A program made the position numbers and the translations under genes. The notes beneath the pieces are model-generated. The model was not told the origin of the DNA. It did not search any database and was given only the letters and a program-made list of their open reading frames with translations. From the NCBI GenBank assembly GCA_030141605.1, contig JAQGDQ010000953.1, positions 1-64,000 of the forward strand: a DNA stretch of 64,000 nt, written 5' to 3'. This stretch comes from Tubiluchus corallicola. Its lineage: Eukaryota > Animalia > Priapulida. Positions 32,201 through 44,093 of the stretch are shown piece after piece. Numbering within the stretch: the first letter of the stretch is position 1; each line of letters begins with the position of its first letter.

Positions 32201-35200
32201 CTAGATGGCACTAGCTGCCTAGTCAGACTATATATCATATTCATAGCAAGTAGGACACACAGATGGTGACCTGTAAAAGAACACAACAGGGGTAAAAACG
32301 TTCTTCCTTGAGCCTGTAGTCTCTTCAAGTTGGTGGAACAAACTTTGAAGTGTCGTACTTTGGACTTCAGTCGCAGGACAGTTACCATTTTTTCTTAACA
32401 TGACAGGCTGTACGGATTAGTACGGAAGTTTGTGGATCTTTTCTTTTTGGAGACTTATTGGAACACTGAAAGTTGCACTACTAAAGCTGGCCAGCTCGGT
32501 TTCCCTGGGAACACGAACACCACGCAGACCCGGTGAACAGAACCGCATTCCACATTGCTTAAAGGAGTAAGCTACTCTACGGTGTGGGCAGTACGGTGTG
32601 AGGACACTAATATGATACACGTAAGCTCCCATTTTTCATAGCTGGGAATCAAAATTCCCCGAACCTGTAATTGTAATGTTAAGCTGTTAAACATAATTTT
32701 TCAAACAGTAATCTTTTGGGTTATGTTACGCATCACACGTTATATATTATGCGCAATTCTTCCAGCTGATGCACCTCCAGATACCATCGAAAAGCCGCTG
32801 GGGCACCACGCTAGGGAAGGTAGGCAATCTGAAAATTCACATTCCTAAGAGAGGACCAGGTCGCCACACAGAATTTTGTCTACTTAAGGATGCTTCAATG
32901 AGCATGGTGAAAGCATCAGGAAAATCAGAGAGTTTAATGAGTTGAAGGCGACATTGCAGATATTAGCATAGAGGGCATTTATTTTTCTAATATTAGTTAG
33001 AGGAACTGTGAATAGTAATACAATACATCAACACACTGTGAAACAATGTAAAAATTTGATAAATGCACGAATAAATTTTAATCAGATGATTATACTCTTC
33101 CAAGAAAGTGTTATAAAAGTGAACATAAGCTTGCAAAGAAAAGACAGCAAAATTTTTTATTCACCTTCACCCCAGTGATGCAGTGTTCCACGCAGCATGT
33201 CATCAGCCATTTGGTTGAAGAACTCTGGAGGCATGTGCTGATCTCGTTGTGGTGGACGTCTCTGTCCAAAGTGGATTCCCGGGGCAATTCGCCCTGGATT
33301 CTCATGATCAGACTGTTCCCTAGACAGTGGTAATTCATGCATGCTAATCTGGCCAGATGGCGAACTTACAGATGAAGCGAGTGAATGAGAACTCGAGGAT
33401 ATTGATGAGTCAACTTCCACACCTGCCTTGGTGAGTTTCTCATTAGCATCTGTTTCAAAATAAACTACAGCTGCAAATTGATACTACGACTCTTTATAAT
33501 GAAAACTTCACTAAGATTCTTTTCAAACACAAAAAAAATGATGTGCAACATCACTAAATACAGATTCTAAATTTTTATGATACAACTCCAAAACCAAATT
33601 ACTAAAACTCTACCACTTTGTGTAAGAAGAATTAATACATGCGGCAAGCAAGCATAGTAAATGGCTTGAACCATGACTCACTGAAACGGGAACATCATTG
33701 GAAAACAGCAACAGTCAAAGTTATAAAAGATGTAATGAAAAAACAGTTTAACAATTTCAAAAAACCACTCCAAACAATAAATAAGAAAGGGCCAAGTATT
33801 TATTTTTTAGGCTACTTAAAGGAAAACCGGATGATCGTGTAAACATTAGTTCAAAATAAAGTATGCTCTAAAATATTGAAAACTATAATAGCTCTTTTTA
33901 AATCAAAGCTCATGTTAAAAAATAATTACCTCAGATAGTTAAATTTTGTTAAACTTTCAAGGCTAGGCTCTATTCAGTGAATACCTTAAGACTGGCAATG
34001 GTGCCTTTTTGTCCAATTCGCATAACCAACAAATAGGTACAGTACCTTGGTAAGCAGGAACATAAACTGCATTGTTCATCTGTGATGTAAAGCTCATTTT
34101 CGTGACATCACATCAGCATCTTATAGCAACGTTCGCTTGGGCAAACGTGCTTGACGCGCAGTGAAGATGTCTACCATTGCACAAATTGTGGTCACTTTGT
34201 GATGTAAGCGATAGTTGTGTTCTGTTAGCGTTAATTAACTTTCCAAGCTAATTATTCAAATATAAGACATAATTGTTAACTTTCATAGTCAAGAAAATGC
34301 ATATTTTGGGCCGTAATTCAACATGATATTGAGTCTAATCAATCATTCAGTTTTCCTTTGGCACAATTTTAAAAACTCACCAATACATGTTCATAATTGA
34401 AGGGTACCTTCAGAACGTTTCATTACTAGAGATCCAGATGGAGTCAAGTGAAGTTCTTCTAATGAACAGTGCTCATCCGCACCTGAAAACTTTCTCTTTG
34501 GAAATGGCTGAATAAAAACCAAGTCTGATAAAGAGAACGTTGCACCTAAGTCCTCTTTCTCCACCATTTCTCGCACTTGCTTGAGTGAAGCATCAGCCGG
34601 AAGTTTAAGGCGGACGACTTTTCCGCTAGGCAGACGAACCTAGAAACATCCAAAACAATGTGACTAAACTGATTATATAAGAAAAATTTAAGAACAATTT
34701 GAAGATGCTATGCAACCAGTTAGCCACTAGTCCGTCTAGATAACAAAAGCCAAGTTAAGGTGCCAAATACAAAGAGGAAGAAGATTTTCAAAAATCACAT
34801 GAATTCGACTTTTAAGCTTGCATGTCTTACAGTTTATCCTACTAGCAGTATAAAATCTTATTTGTTACAAATAAAAAAACATACATTCCCATCATTGGAT
34901 CTTTAGTCCAAAAGCCGGAATTACACATACAAAAACAAATGTACACAGTAACACACAAACACAACATGCAATCAGACAATAGCTATATAAAGATATGCAC
35001 AGAAAATGTATATTAGTCTTAAAGACTGTTAATTAAAATACAATATAGAATAAAAAGTACAGAATTGAGATCAACTTTCATGATAAAATAATTCAACACA
35101 TTGTTGTAAGTTGATTTCAATACTATAAAAAGTTGCATATTGTCTAAAATTATTGCAATAATAATATAACAAAAATTAAGTTGAGGAGTAGGCCTAAAAA

Positions 35201-38200
35201 CATTTATGAAACTAAAAATATTGTCCATGCAGGTTTTTGGATTTAAAAATAATAAAAGACAACACGATAGCTAATTTTGCAGTTTTCTGTTTGAAATATT
35301 TAACCTTCGTGTGGTTTGGGTGTGAAACTAGAAGATTATGGAAACTGTTTAATCTCTTTTCATCAGTTTTCAAAATGAGCCCACGGCTTCCAATCTCGAT
35401 TGCAGAATATTGCACTTTGAAACTGTTTTCTTCAACGTTTTCTATTGCAGTCATTAAAGAGTAATACAAAAGCTTAGTTACCTGTATATTAGCTACATTA
35501 GATGACTGCTGTTTTACTGGCTCATCTGCAACAATTGCAGTTTTGCTTTCTTTAATAGTAGTTTCTGAAGATGATGATTCAGTTGAAAAACTCTACAAAA
35601 ATGTAGATCTTATTATTTCACAAATATTATTAACATTTATGCAGTAGCGCCAATTGAAATTAAAGTTATAGAATAAGAAATGAGAAGCTAAAAAGGCCAA
35701 TTTAAATTTCAACCAGCTTTTAGAGATACTACGGAACATCATTGTTACGGATGATCACGCTAAAATATGAGATGTATAGTATTTGGTCAAATATTTTTCT
35801 TAAAAATGCTTACCACTTGTTAAGTATGTTACGTTAGGACAACAACAGAATGGTTAAGCTTCAAAAAAGAGCAATTAGATAGTGGGACTTGCTCAATACA
35901 TCAGTCATACCGAACTTCTTTTCTGTCAATTTAAAGTGTTGAAGCTTGAACATGTACTTGCTGTCACAAAATATAAATTTTATTTTCAATATTGTACACA
36001 CTTATTACCTGCTTATTTCATGGTTTATGCATAATGCGAGGAACAGATTACCATAATTACCTTACAAGAGCTAGAAAAACTACAAGTCCACCTAACTTAA
36101 ATTCATATTTTCAAACAGTATATTGTTGTATATCATTTTTTTAACTAATAATAGTCATTTAACTGAAATGGATCTCCCAGCCACATCTGTATAGAAGCTA
36201 CAAGGCAATTACATGTGTTATGTTCTCAAATTGTGAGTATGGCTTGAATAAAAAACAAGTGTTAAAAAAGTTAAAGAATGCAACTATTATTAAGTAGGTG
36301 AATAATTTTTTAAATTGTTCGTTATGCAATCATCTTTACCAACTTTACAAATATATTTATAGATCAAAATAACAAAATCTGAAAATCTCTTGTGAGAAAA
36401 ACATTTCGTTTCAACTGTTACTCAAGTTTTAACTTGACCAGACTCTAAAAGTCTATTTTCAATGTCTTTTGTTCAAAACAATGTAAAGCATTTAAAGAGC
36501 AAAAGTGAGCACTGTTGAAAAAATTATTATCAAAGTATAAGAACAAAACGTGCTTAGCTTCAGGTGCCAGACTGCATAAATAAGCTACTGACTTAATAAG
36601 GTAAAGTGACTTTGTAAAAAAGTCTAAAAATGACTATATGTGCTATCCAGAATCAAACCTGTTTCGTAAATCTTTGTTTCTCCCTGTCTTCTTGAATCTG
36701 TTGCAAGACAGCAGTCCTGGCCACTTTTTCAGCAATCCTTTCTGCTTTTGCCTTTTTTTCTGCCTCTTTTCGTAACTTTTTCTCATATTCATCTCTTATC
36801 CGCTGTTGCTCATCAGATGGCTGAATGTGACTGACTAATTCTAGTGGTTCAGACGGAATTTGCCCTCGATTAGAATCCTGCAAAAACAATAGCTAAAGGT
36901 TTGCAATTTTGTTTGTTACTTTTAATGAGCCAAAATGAAGATAAGTACTTGATGCTGTGACGTTAAAAATAAATTATGATCATATTATATCAAGTTGGTA
37001 AAAGAACTTTTTGGTATACTTTTGCAAACCTCTACATTCGCAGTGTGTGTAGTATGATAATTTTGGCCGCCTTCTTCTTCTTCTTCTGCCAGCAGGGTAG
37101 CAGATCAAAATTTAATGGACTGTATTATTGTATCATGAGTGTGCATGTATTGTGCACAATATAACAAAGAAAAAAATGCATTACAGTGTTGTGTTTTGTT
37201 TCTCTCGGAAGGCTCGTAGAGAAAACCAGAAAACACTTCATCAAATTAAACCAGTTTATTATGCGAGAATTCTACAACACAAAAGTATGAAGGAACGCGA
37301 AATGTTTACAGTAAACGTGAAAATCTGGAAACGTGCAAGCGTATCTGAGGATACAAGAGAATGTGAGAGAATCAGAGAATGTGCCAATCAACTTCAGCGG
37401 CCAGCTCCGCCTTATATATCAGTGCTAGTTCTAGAAACTTCTATAAAGTAAGATGATTGTTCTACTATACAATGGAATATTCTACAATATTCTATTTAAT
37501 TCTAGTAGATGTCAGCGACCTCCACAACACCTCCGCACCGAAACTGATGCTGTCTCCAAAGCATCAGCAACAAAGTCTCTCTCTCGGCTTGGGTGTTCTC
37601 TTGGATCGTCTGGGGTTGTCCGGTCCACACTCTGGCACAGACGGCTTGGTCTCGGACATGGGCCGAGGTGCTCTGGTCTGCTTCAGAGTTTCTGGCGGTT
37701 CTTCCAGGATCTCCATTGGATGATCAGGTGGAAGCTCAGAAGTAAAGTCCGTCTCATCACCAGGTTCACAGTCCTCCGCAGAAGCGCGGACGTAGCTGTT
37801 CCCAGTGTCGTCTCCACACTGGACCATGAGGAAGGATCTAAACGCTTAACGTTGAAGCAGCGAGTACCCAGAGACTTCTTGATGACCGCTGGTACCCATC
37901 GGGGATGTATGTCTCGACGAGGTCCATACTACAATGCATAAACAGGTTCTCCCGCCTTGTACTGCTTGCTGACCTTGGTGACACCTCCCAAGTCTGGAGT
38001 CGAGCGAGATGACTCCTTGGATTGCTTGCCCTGAGCGGTGTGCGCTGGCGAGAGTAGCAAGGAGTCGATCCTTGTCCGTATCGCAGCACACATATTTTGA
38101 TAAAAAATATTTATCTGGAACACTACATATACTTCCTGGTGCACTTCAAATTTTTTCAAATTCAAATTCAGTTTATTTCACCAGCAAACTACAATAATAC

Positions 38201-39365
38201 AAATATACATGTATAACTTTTTGTATAATTTAAAGCAACAAAAAAATGAAAATAATTTCTGACTCCCTAGAAATAAAATATAAGGTGATGCAGTTTGCCA
38301 AATGGTAGCTAAAAAAGAGACCTTGTTATACCATCACGAAATGTGAAGTAAAGAATGGAGATGAGAAAAGAAGAGAATAAAGAAGAGCTAGCTGCAGTTA
38401 GTAGAAAGAAAGCAGAAGAAAAGAAGAAGTCAAAAGAAAACATAAAATAAGAAAACAATGACCATGTTCAGATTAACTGCAACTGATTTTTTACAAGAAA
38501 AATGCACTTAGTCTGTTATCAGTATAAAAATTTTATATTGATTTCAATGAAATAAATAAATTTTTAATTGGATTAAATAGATTTTGGGCAAAAACGGTGA
38601 CACGTTCCACGCGAGCCACTGCACCTGAAAAAATGAACCTGTTTTTTACCCTTTTGTGCATTAGCAGAGATGGAAAATGATATAAAAGACAACAATATTT
38701 CCATCAAAGATGTCGTTTCAGTACTATTTTTATTCCGTGTTCTTAATCTTAGTTTATTTTTAAGACTTGTAAAAATACCGGGAGGAAATTTGCCCAAAGC
38801 CAAAATGCCGAATCCGTAGAGGCCTAGGCATTGAATGTTTTTGTATGAAAACTGACTGGGCCATGAGCCGAAAAGGTTCAGTGGGAATGACTTAAGCTAA
38901 ACTAACCATATACTTTATTTTCTGCAACAGTTTTGCAGTGTGAGAGTAAGACAGCTTTGCAAATTACAAAAATGTTAACGTGAATCTAGGCACTTAAATG
39001 CACGCATGAGCTTACTGAAATCTTAATCTTGGCCAATTTGCATTCAAATATACCTCCGGTGTCAAGGAACCACGCGCTTTCTCATCATCACTTTCAACAA
39101 TTGGTTGAGCCTGACTTCCCAAAGGTGAACGAAGTTTCAATGACTGCTGCTTAGTCCTCAGTCCAGGTTTTCCTTGCAAAAGCCATTCGACTGCTGCATC
39201 AGCTGTTGTAAAACCCATCTGCACTGCTTGCTGGCAATCGCCTAGCTCGAATCCCATGCCTAATAGGCATACTATTAGATCATCAAGTGTTTGTTTCGAA
39301 GTTTCTGAGGGAGCAGAAAACGTCCAAGATTCTGCCATATTGTTATTGTCCTTGCTCTTTGACAT
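26222..39365 (-). CDS. UBA-UBX-SHP-(BC-box)-LRR protein, putative p97/VCP cofactor, 11 exons, ~878 aa
   Basis: Minus-strand exons: 39365-39054 (UBA: LLGMGF...AAVEWLL), 36877-36659 (charged helix), 35592-35482, 34639-34408 (UBX: VRLPSG...QPFPKR...LTPSGSL), 33449-33165, 32132-31649 (PSLSELCVRIV...LPAHI, first LRRs), 30507-30276, 29265-29130, 28581-28394, 27067-26929, 26520-26222 (LRRs of LxxLxLxxTxI/VTD type, TAG). All junctions GT-AG and phase-compatible; total 2637 nt. Confidence 0.9.
28690..28925 (-). mobile_element. tRNA-derived SINE remnant
   Basis: A-box-like TGTCTGAGTGG and B-box-like GTTCGATAC on the minus strand; no cloverleaf. Confidence 0.4.
32200..32630 (-). mobile_element. RTE-like LINE 3' remnant
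   Basis: Degenerate ORF2 C-terminus with a terminal CPTC zinc-knuckle relic. Confidence 0.4.
33820..34357. mobile_element. TTAA-type MITE, family B copy 1
   Basis: TIR AGGAAAACCGGATGAT / ATCATTCAGTTTTCCT, left TTAA; body similar to ~45003-45546. Confidence 0.6.
34860..35469 (-). mobile_element. 3' remnant of a restriction-like-endonuclease (RLE) non-LTR retrotransposon
   Basis: YYSL...FKVQYSAIEIGSRG resembles the Y..L...IEVG.RG RLE motif. Confidence 0.5.
37187..38095 (-). mobile_element. Gypsy LTR retrotransposon 3' remnant (pol C-terminus + polypurine tract + 3' LTR 37187-37529)
   Basis: GEPVYAL*YG...WVPAVI...PRRSKRTPKPRERL pol tail; purine-rich GGTGCGGAGG then TGTTGTG...CACAACA-bounded 343-bp LTR with TATATAA (~37412) and AATAAA (37255-37260). 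Confidence 0.8.
38145..38580 (-). mobile_element. L2-like LINE 3' tail fragment
   Basis: Reverse complement ends ...tttgctggtgaaataaactgaatttgaatttgaa, similar to the 3' end of the 40200-42795 LINE. Confidence 0.5.
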
Positions 39366-40199
39366 CCCGTCACTTTAAAGCGCACTTTAGATTGGCGGCT
39401 CTGTTCGTTGTCCCAGAGCTCATCATGAAAATCATAATTGCAACACAAGCAAATCATTTTGTTATGTGTTCAAATGCAACTGTTATTATGGTTACTATAT
39501 TATTGCACTGGAACAATATTAATGCTTGAAAATGCTTGATTTGCCAATGAACTACTAGGACGAAATTAGGACCTGTGTATCACAAGAAGCTGTCTTGTTT
39601 AATGGCTACAAAACGTATTCAGCTGCAATTCAATGGCCCTGGTTCAAATTCGGGCTGAGTCATTTACTTTTTAAATTTTTTCCATTTGACCAGGTTCGAT
39701 TTGAAAAATTTTAGAAAATTTAATTTGGATTTCTTTCATTATTATACATGTAAAAAGCATTGATTATTGTTAGCATTGATTAATAATTAACACTAAAATT
39801 ATGAATTTATTGTTGGTGCTGATGCACATTGACTTTTCCAGTATAAAGACCAGTCCTCAGATCCAGCGCCATTTGGGCATAGTAATGAAAAGTTGCTTCT
39901 CATAATTCAACAGCATCTTCAGGGTTTATTGTATCTGGAATTAATTTTCTCATCTCCATTCATTCCAACACATACCCTGTAATAGTATCATTACACTTTT
40001 TTTACACACAGGCATTTTAGATCTTTTTTGGAATTCGGAGTATGTGCTTTTTAATCACATTTCACCATTAATATATTAAATTTATGAATCTTATCCCCTT
40101 CACGTCAAGGTAGCTGCTTATGTGACTTATTCTCGACTATCATCGTGTTCGGTGTTAATGCACATCAAGTCCAAAGCTTACCCATGCATAATCAGTAAA

Positions 40200-42795
40200 T
40201 AACAAGAACGTGCTGTCGAGAGTTTAACGGGAGGACTTACCATTTATCGTCCGTAGTGATCTAAATCGTTTTGACAATGATATTGAAGCCATTTTTAAAG
40301 AGAATGCAATAAAAAATATTATGCAATCAGCATAAGAACATTGTTAACAGCTCATTTTATCGTCCTCCAAGTGAATGTCCTTTACAGTTTACAGATAAAA
40401 TCTTTGGCATAATATCCAATGTCAGTAACCAAGGGAATTGTTTATACATCACTGGCAATTATAATATTAATTTGATTAATCACCAAACCCACAATGATAC
40501 CAAATGCTTTATAGATTCAATGTTTACCAATTCTACATTCCCAACAATAACTCATCCTACAAGAATTAGTAACTATTCAGCCACAGTTATTGACAACATT
40601 TTCTCCAACGTCATTCAGTGCTATTGCAAACCTGATATATTGCTTACTGATATCACTGACTACTATCATATTTGATTTGATATCGATTTGATCAAAACAG
40701 CCCTTAGAAACGAGTTATCTCTGCAGTAATTGGGATGACGTTCTGTTACAGCCAGATCCTAAGTTAGCCACAGCGATTTGATCAAAACAGCCCTTAGAAA
40801 CGAGTTATCTCTGCAGTAATTGGGATGACGTTCTGTTACAGCCAGATCCTAAGTTAGCCACAGAAATTTTTTACTATAAATTTAATAACATTTACAGCTC
40901 GCATGTGAGAGAGAAATACACACAAATCAATCCTAACCATAACAAGAAACCCTGGATATCTGTTGGATTATTGAATTCGATTAGAAACAAATATATACCT
41001 AGGATAATCACTGCTATACTTCCTCAAATATCAGTACCTATAACTCATATTTTAAATAAATCTCATAGAAGTGGCATTGTTCCCATTAAGATGAAACAAG
41101 CTCTTACAGTACCATTCCATAAAACCGGTGACTACATGAATCTAAATAACTACTGACTGATATCCCTGTTACACTTTTTTTCTAAGATACCCAAAAGATG
41201 TGTGCACAATAAATTACACAAACATTTAGTCAAAAATAACATACGTAACAGCAGCCAATTTGGATTCAGATCAGGCCTATCCACTGAGCTGGCTTTAATT
41301 AAAGTCTGTGATCAAATTGTTAATACTATCGAAAACAATTCAATCTCTGTTGGCATTTTCTGCGACTTGTCTAAAGCCTTCGACACCATTGACCATGACA
41401 TATTAATTGAAAAATTTTCTCACTATGGTATCGGCGAAGAATTTCGAATGAATGGTTTAATAATTATCTTTCTGTAAGAAGCCAAATAGTTAGGCGCAAT
41501 AATTGTCTATCCAGCCCTCAATCCACGCAGTATGATGTACGTCAAGGCTCCATTCTTAGCCCTCTATTATTTTTTATGTATATCAACGACCTGTCTAATA
41601 TCTTAACGGTTTGCAGATGACACCACAGTATTTTTTGATCTACAATCTTATTCTGTATCTGAAATAAATAATAAACTTCCATTAATAGCTGATTGGTTTA
41701 AAGCAAAGAAATTGTCGTTGAATCCAACTAAAACAAACTGCATCGTATTCCACTCTAAAAATAAAAGGCTCGCAATTGACATTAACCTATACATTGAAGG
41801 ACAGGCAATCGAAAGAGTTCCAAATATAAAATTCCTAGGTGTTGTAATTAATGAAAATCTTGACTGGAAACCACATATCAATTCAATCAGTTTAAAAATT
41901 GCCAAGAATCTGGGAATAATCAATTTTATTAAAAATAAACTACACAAATCTCATATTATTACACTCTATAATTGATTGGTATTACCATACCTATATGAAG
42001 TACATCTTATCAATCCAATTTAATAAGTTTTTCTAGGTATCAAAGAAAGTTTATAAGAATACCAAAGAATTTATCTAAACGTACCACTGTTGGTACGTCC
42101 TTATTTAATGAATGTGGCATATTAATTATCGAAGACTTGATTATACATTGCTTGTCCATTTCTATGCAAGACATACTACAACTTGTTTCCCACTTCCTTT
42201 ACGAATCCAATTGCAGCAAATCCTAAATATCATTTTACAAGGTTCAATGAATATCATGTCCCTTACTGTCGTGCTAATAGTGCCAGGCACTTTTTTAAAT
42301 TTACAGCCGGAATAAACTGGAATAAAATAAGTGCCCAGGTAAAAATACACTATTTAGAGTTTCAAACAGTATTTGAAAAGAACCATTCTTGATTCATACT
42401 TATAATACAGTTTTTATGCTTCCATGCTCTCATGCAGTCACAGTGTTCTATTTATTTATAATTATTTATTCCATTATTTATAATACTATTTTAATATAGC
42501 TCTATGTAAATTAAACATACACTATGGTCGTTTCCTCTCCCCCCTTCCTTCTTCCTATCTCTAATCTTACTATTTTTTCCATTTCGCCATTGCTACTAAC
42601 CCTATCCATTTTTTCATTCACTCATTTGTGCCACCTTAACAAGTCAAGCTTCCAAGGTGTCAATTATCGCAACTCTTTTATTTGGTTAATTTGACTTCAT
42701 CAATGTTTTTTTTTACCTATGCTGTTTTTTTTCCAATCACATTGTATGTTGATGTATTGTATATGTTTTGCTGGAGTGAAATAAATTGATTTGAG
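40200..42795 (+). mobile_element. Decayed L2/CR1-type LINE (APE endonuclease + RT)
   Basis: YRPP, GNYNINL, PTRI...ATVIDNIF, QFGFRSGLST, CDLSKAFDTIDHDIL, QGSILSPLLF, FADD, LNPTKTNCIVF, KFLGVVI; ends AATAAA plus TTGA tail; many stops. Confidence 0.9.
40684..40863. repeat. Perfect 2 x 90-bp tandem duplication
   Basis: 40684-40773 is identical to 40774-40863. Confidence 0.9.
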
Positions 42796-43250
42796 CACGA
42801 GTAAACAGGTTGCATGGCTTCTCTTTGACAACGAAGAAGAAAAATCTATTACGAAGAAAATTTCAACTAGTATGACAGTTACAAGTTGAAGATTTTATCC
42901 GTTTTTTAGTTGAACCATTTTAACAGTGTTTGATTTTTAATGATTTTAAATAATCTTCGATTTTATTCATGGGTAATCCAAAGAAAACTGACGATGTAAG
43001 ACATAGCTGTGTAGTTTGCAGAAGTACGAAAAGTGGTCCAGTTCCAAAAGGAACAATTTATGCCGTATTCTGTGATGATTGTGCAAGCATGTACCTGTGC
43101 AATGCAGATTCCAGGAGCCGTGGTGATGACATCTCGTCAGTTATGGACTGTTCAAATGATATGGGTGACTTCTTAATCTCTCATTTAATGAACTAATTTC
43201 AATGGGAAAAGGTTTGTTAACTGCAGATTTGGCAAGAAGTGATATTAACT

Positions 43251-43500
43251 GCAGGATCATAATAATAAACACCTGATTTCCACTAAGATTCTGCAATACT
43301 TTCAGAATCTTAGTGGAAATCAGGTGTTTGTTATTATGATCCTGCGCTGCAGGCCTATGCAGAATCTTACTGGAAGTGAGTCGTTTTTTTCTGCATTTAA
43401 GATTCTACATTAGCAGAAATCTTTTGTAAATCAACCGTTTGTTTTTAATTAAGATTTTGCACTATATGCAGAATCTTATTGGAAATCAGACGTTTATTGT
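43251..43500. repeat. 43-bp-arm palindrome followed by degenerate direct copies of the same unit
   Basis: 43251-43293 pairs with 43303-43345 (one mismatch, 9-nt loop); GCAGAATCTT-containing units recur near 43360, 43413 and 43468. Confidence 0.85.
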
Positions 43501-43709
43501 TACTGTTTCTCCTGTTACAGTACGACAGTGAATAATCCAAAACAATGGTACCTAGAATAAACGAACTTGTAGGGTGGACAACTGCAGTAGGGCCTTTAGA
43601 CTTCTGAGGGAGTGGCAAAATCTTCTAGTTACTGCAAAAGTAATAAAATTAAATGATTGATTGTTAGCATTACACTAACCACCAGATCGTAAATTTGAAT
43701 CTGTTTCAG

Positions 43710-44093
43710 CAAGACAAAAGATGACGTCATTATTGACGAACCAGGCAAACATATGAAAGTATACATTGGAAGCAACAATTTATTTGAGTCAACAGCAACT
43801 CGATGGGTAAGGGTTGTTTTTTCGTGCATAGAATCTGTAGTGTGGTATTCCAATATTATAATTCCTGTCGTACAGTCTACGGAGGTCAATTACGCCCTCA
43901 CAGACTCACGATGTCTGTCATTAGCGATGGCTTCAGACTTCAACATTGGGTGTGAGAGCGAATAACGATGCTGTTAACTCAAATGTGTCATCCCTATTAG
44001 CGACATTAAAGCAGTTGACGTCTAACATAATGTCAATAATTTTCGTTGACTGCCCAATCAGCTTGCAAGTCATTTCACACACCCCTGCAGCAG
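43710..44093 (+). pseudogene. Probable upstream, degenerate exons of the trypsin-like gene
   Basis: tttcag-bounded segment encodes KHMKVYIGSNNL followed by gtaagg. A second segment (~43877-44093) resembles SVIS(G)W...LKQLTSNIMS...C only with frameshifts. No clean TAAHC or DIAL motif found. Confidence 0.35.

Noticed and set aside
37453-37941. 162-aa plus-strand ORF
   Set aside because: Antisense shadow of the Gypsy pol tail.
39011-39020. Strong GTAAG donor that would extend UBX-LRR exon 1
   Set aside because: Phase 2 is incompatible with the phase-0 acceptor at 36877; the donor at 39053 fits.
39595-39660. Possible tRNA gene (GGTTCAAATTC B-box)
   Set aside because: No acceptor stem or cloverleaf; at most a SINE head.
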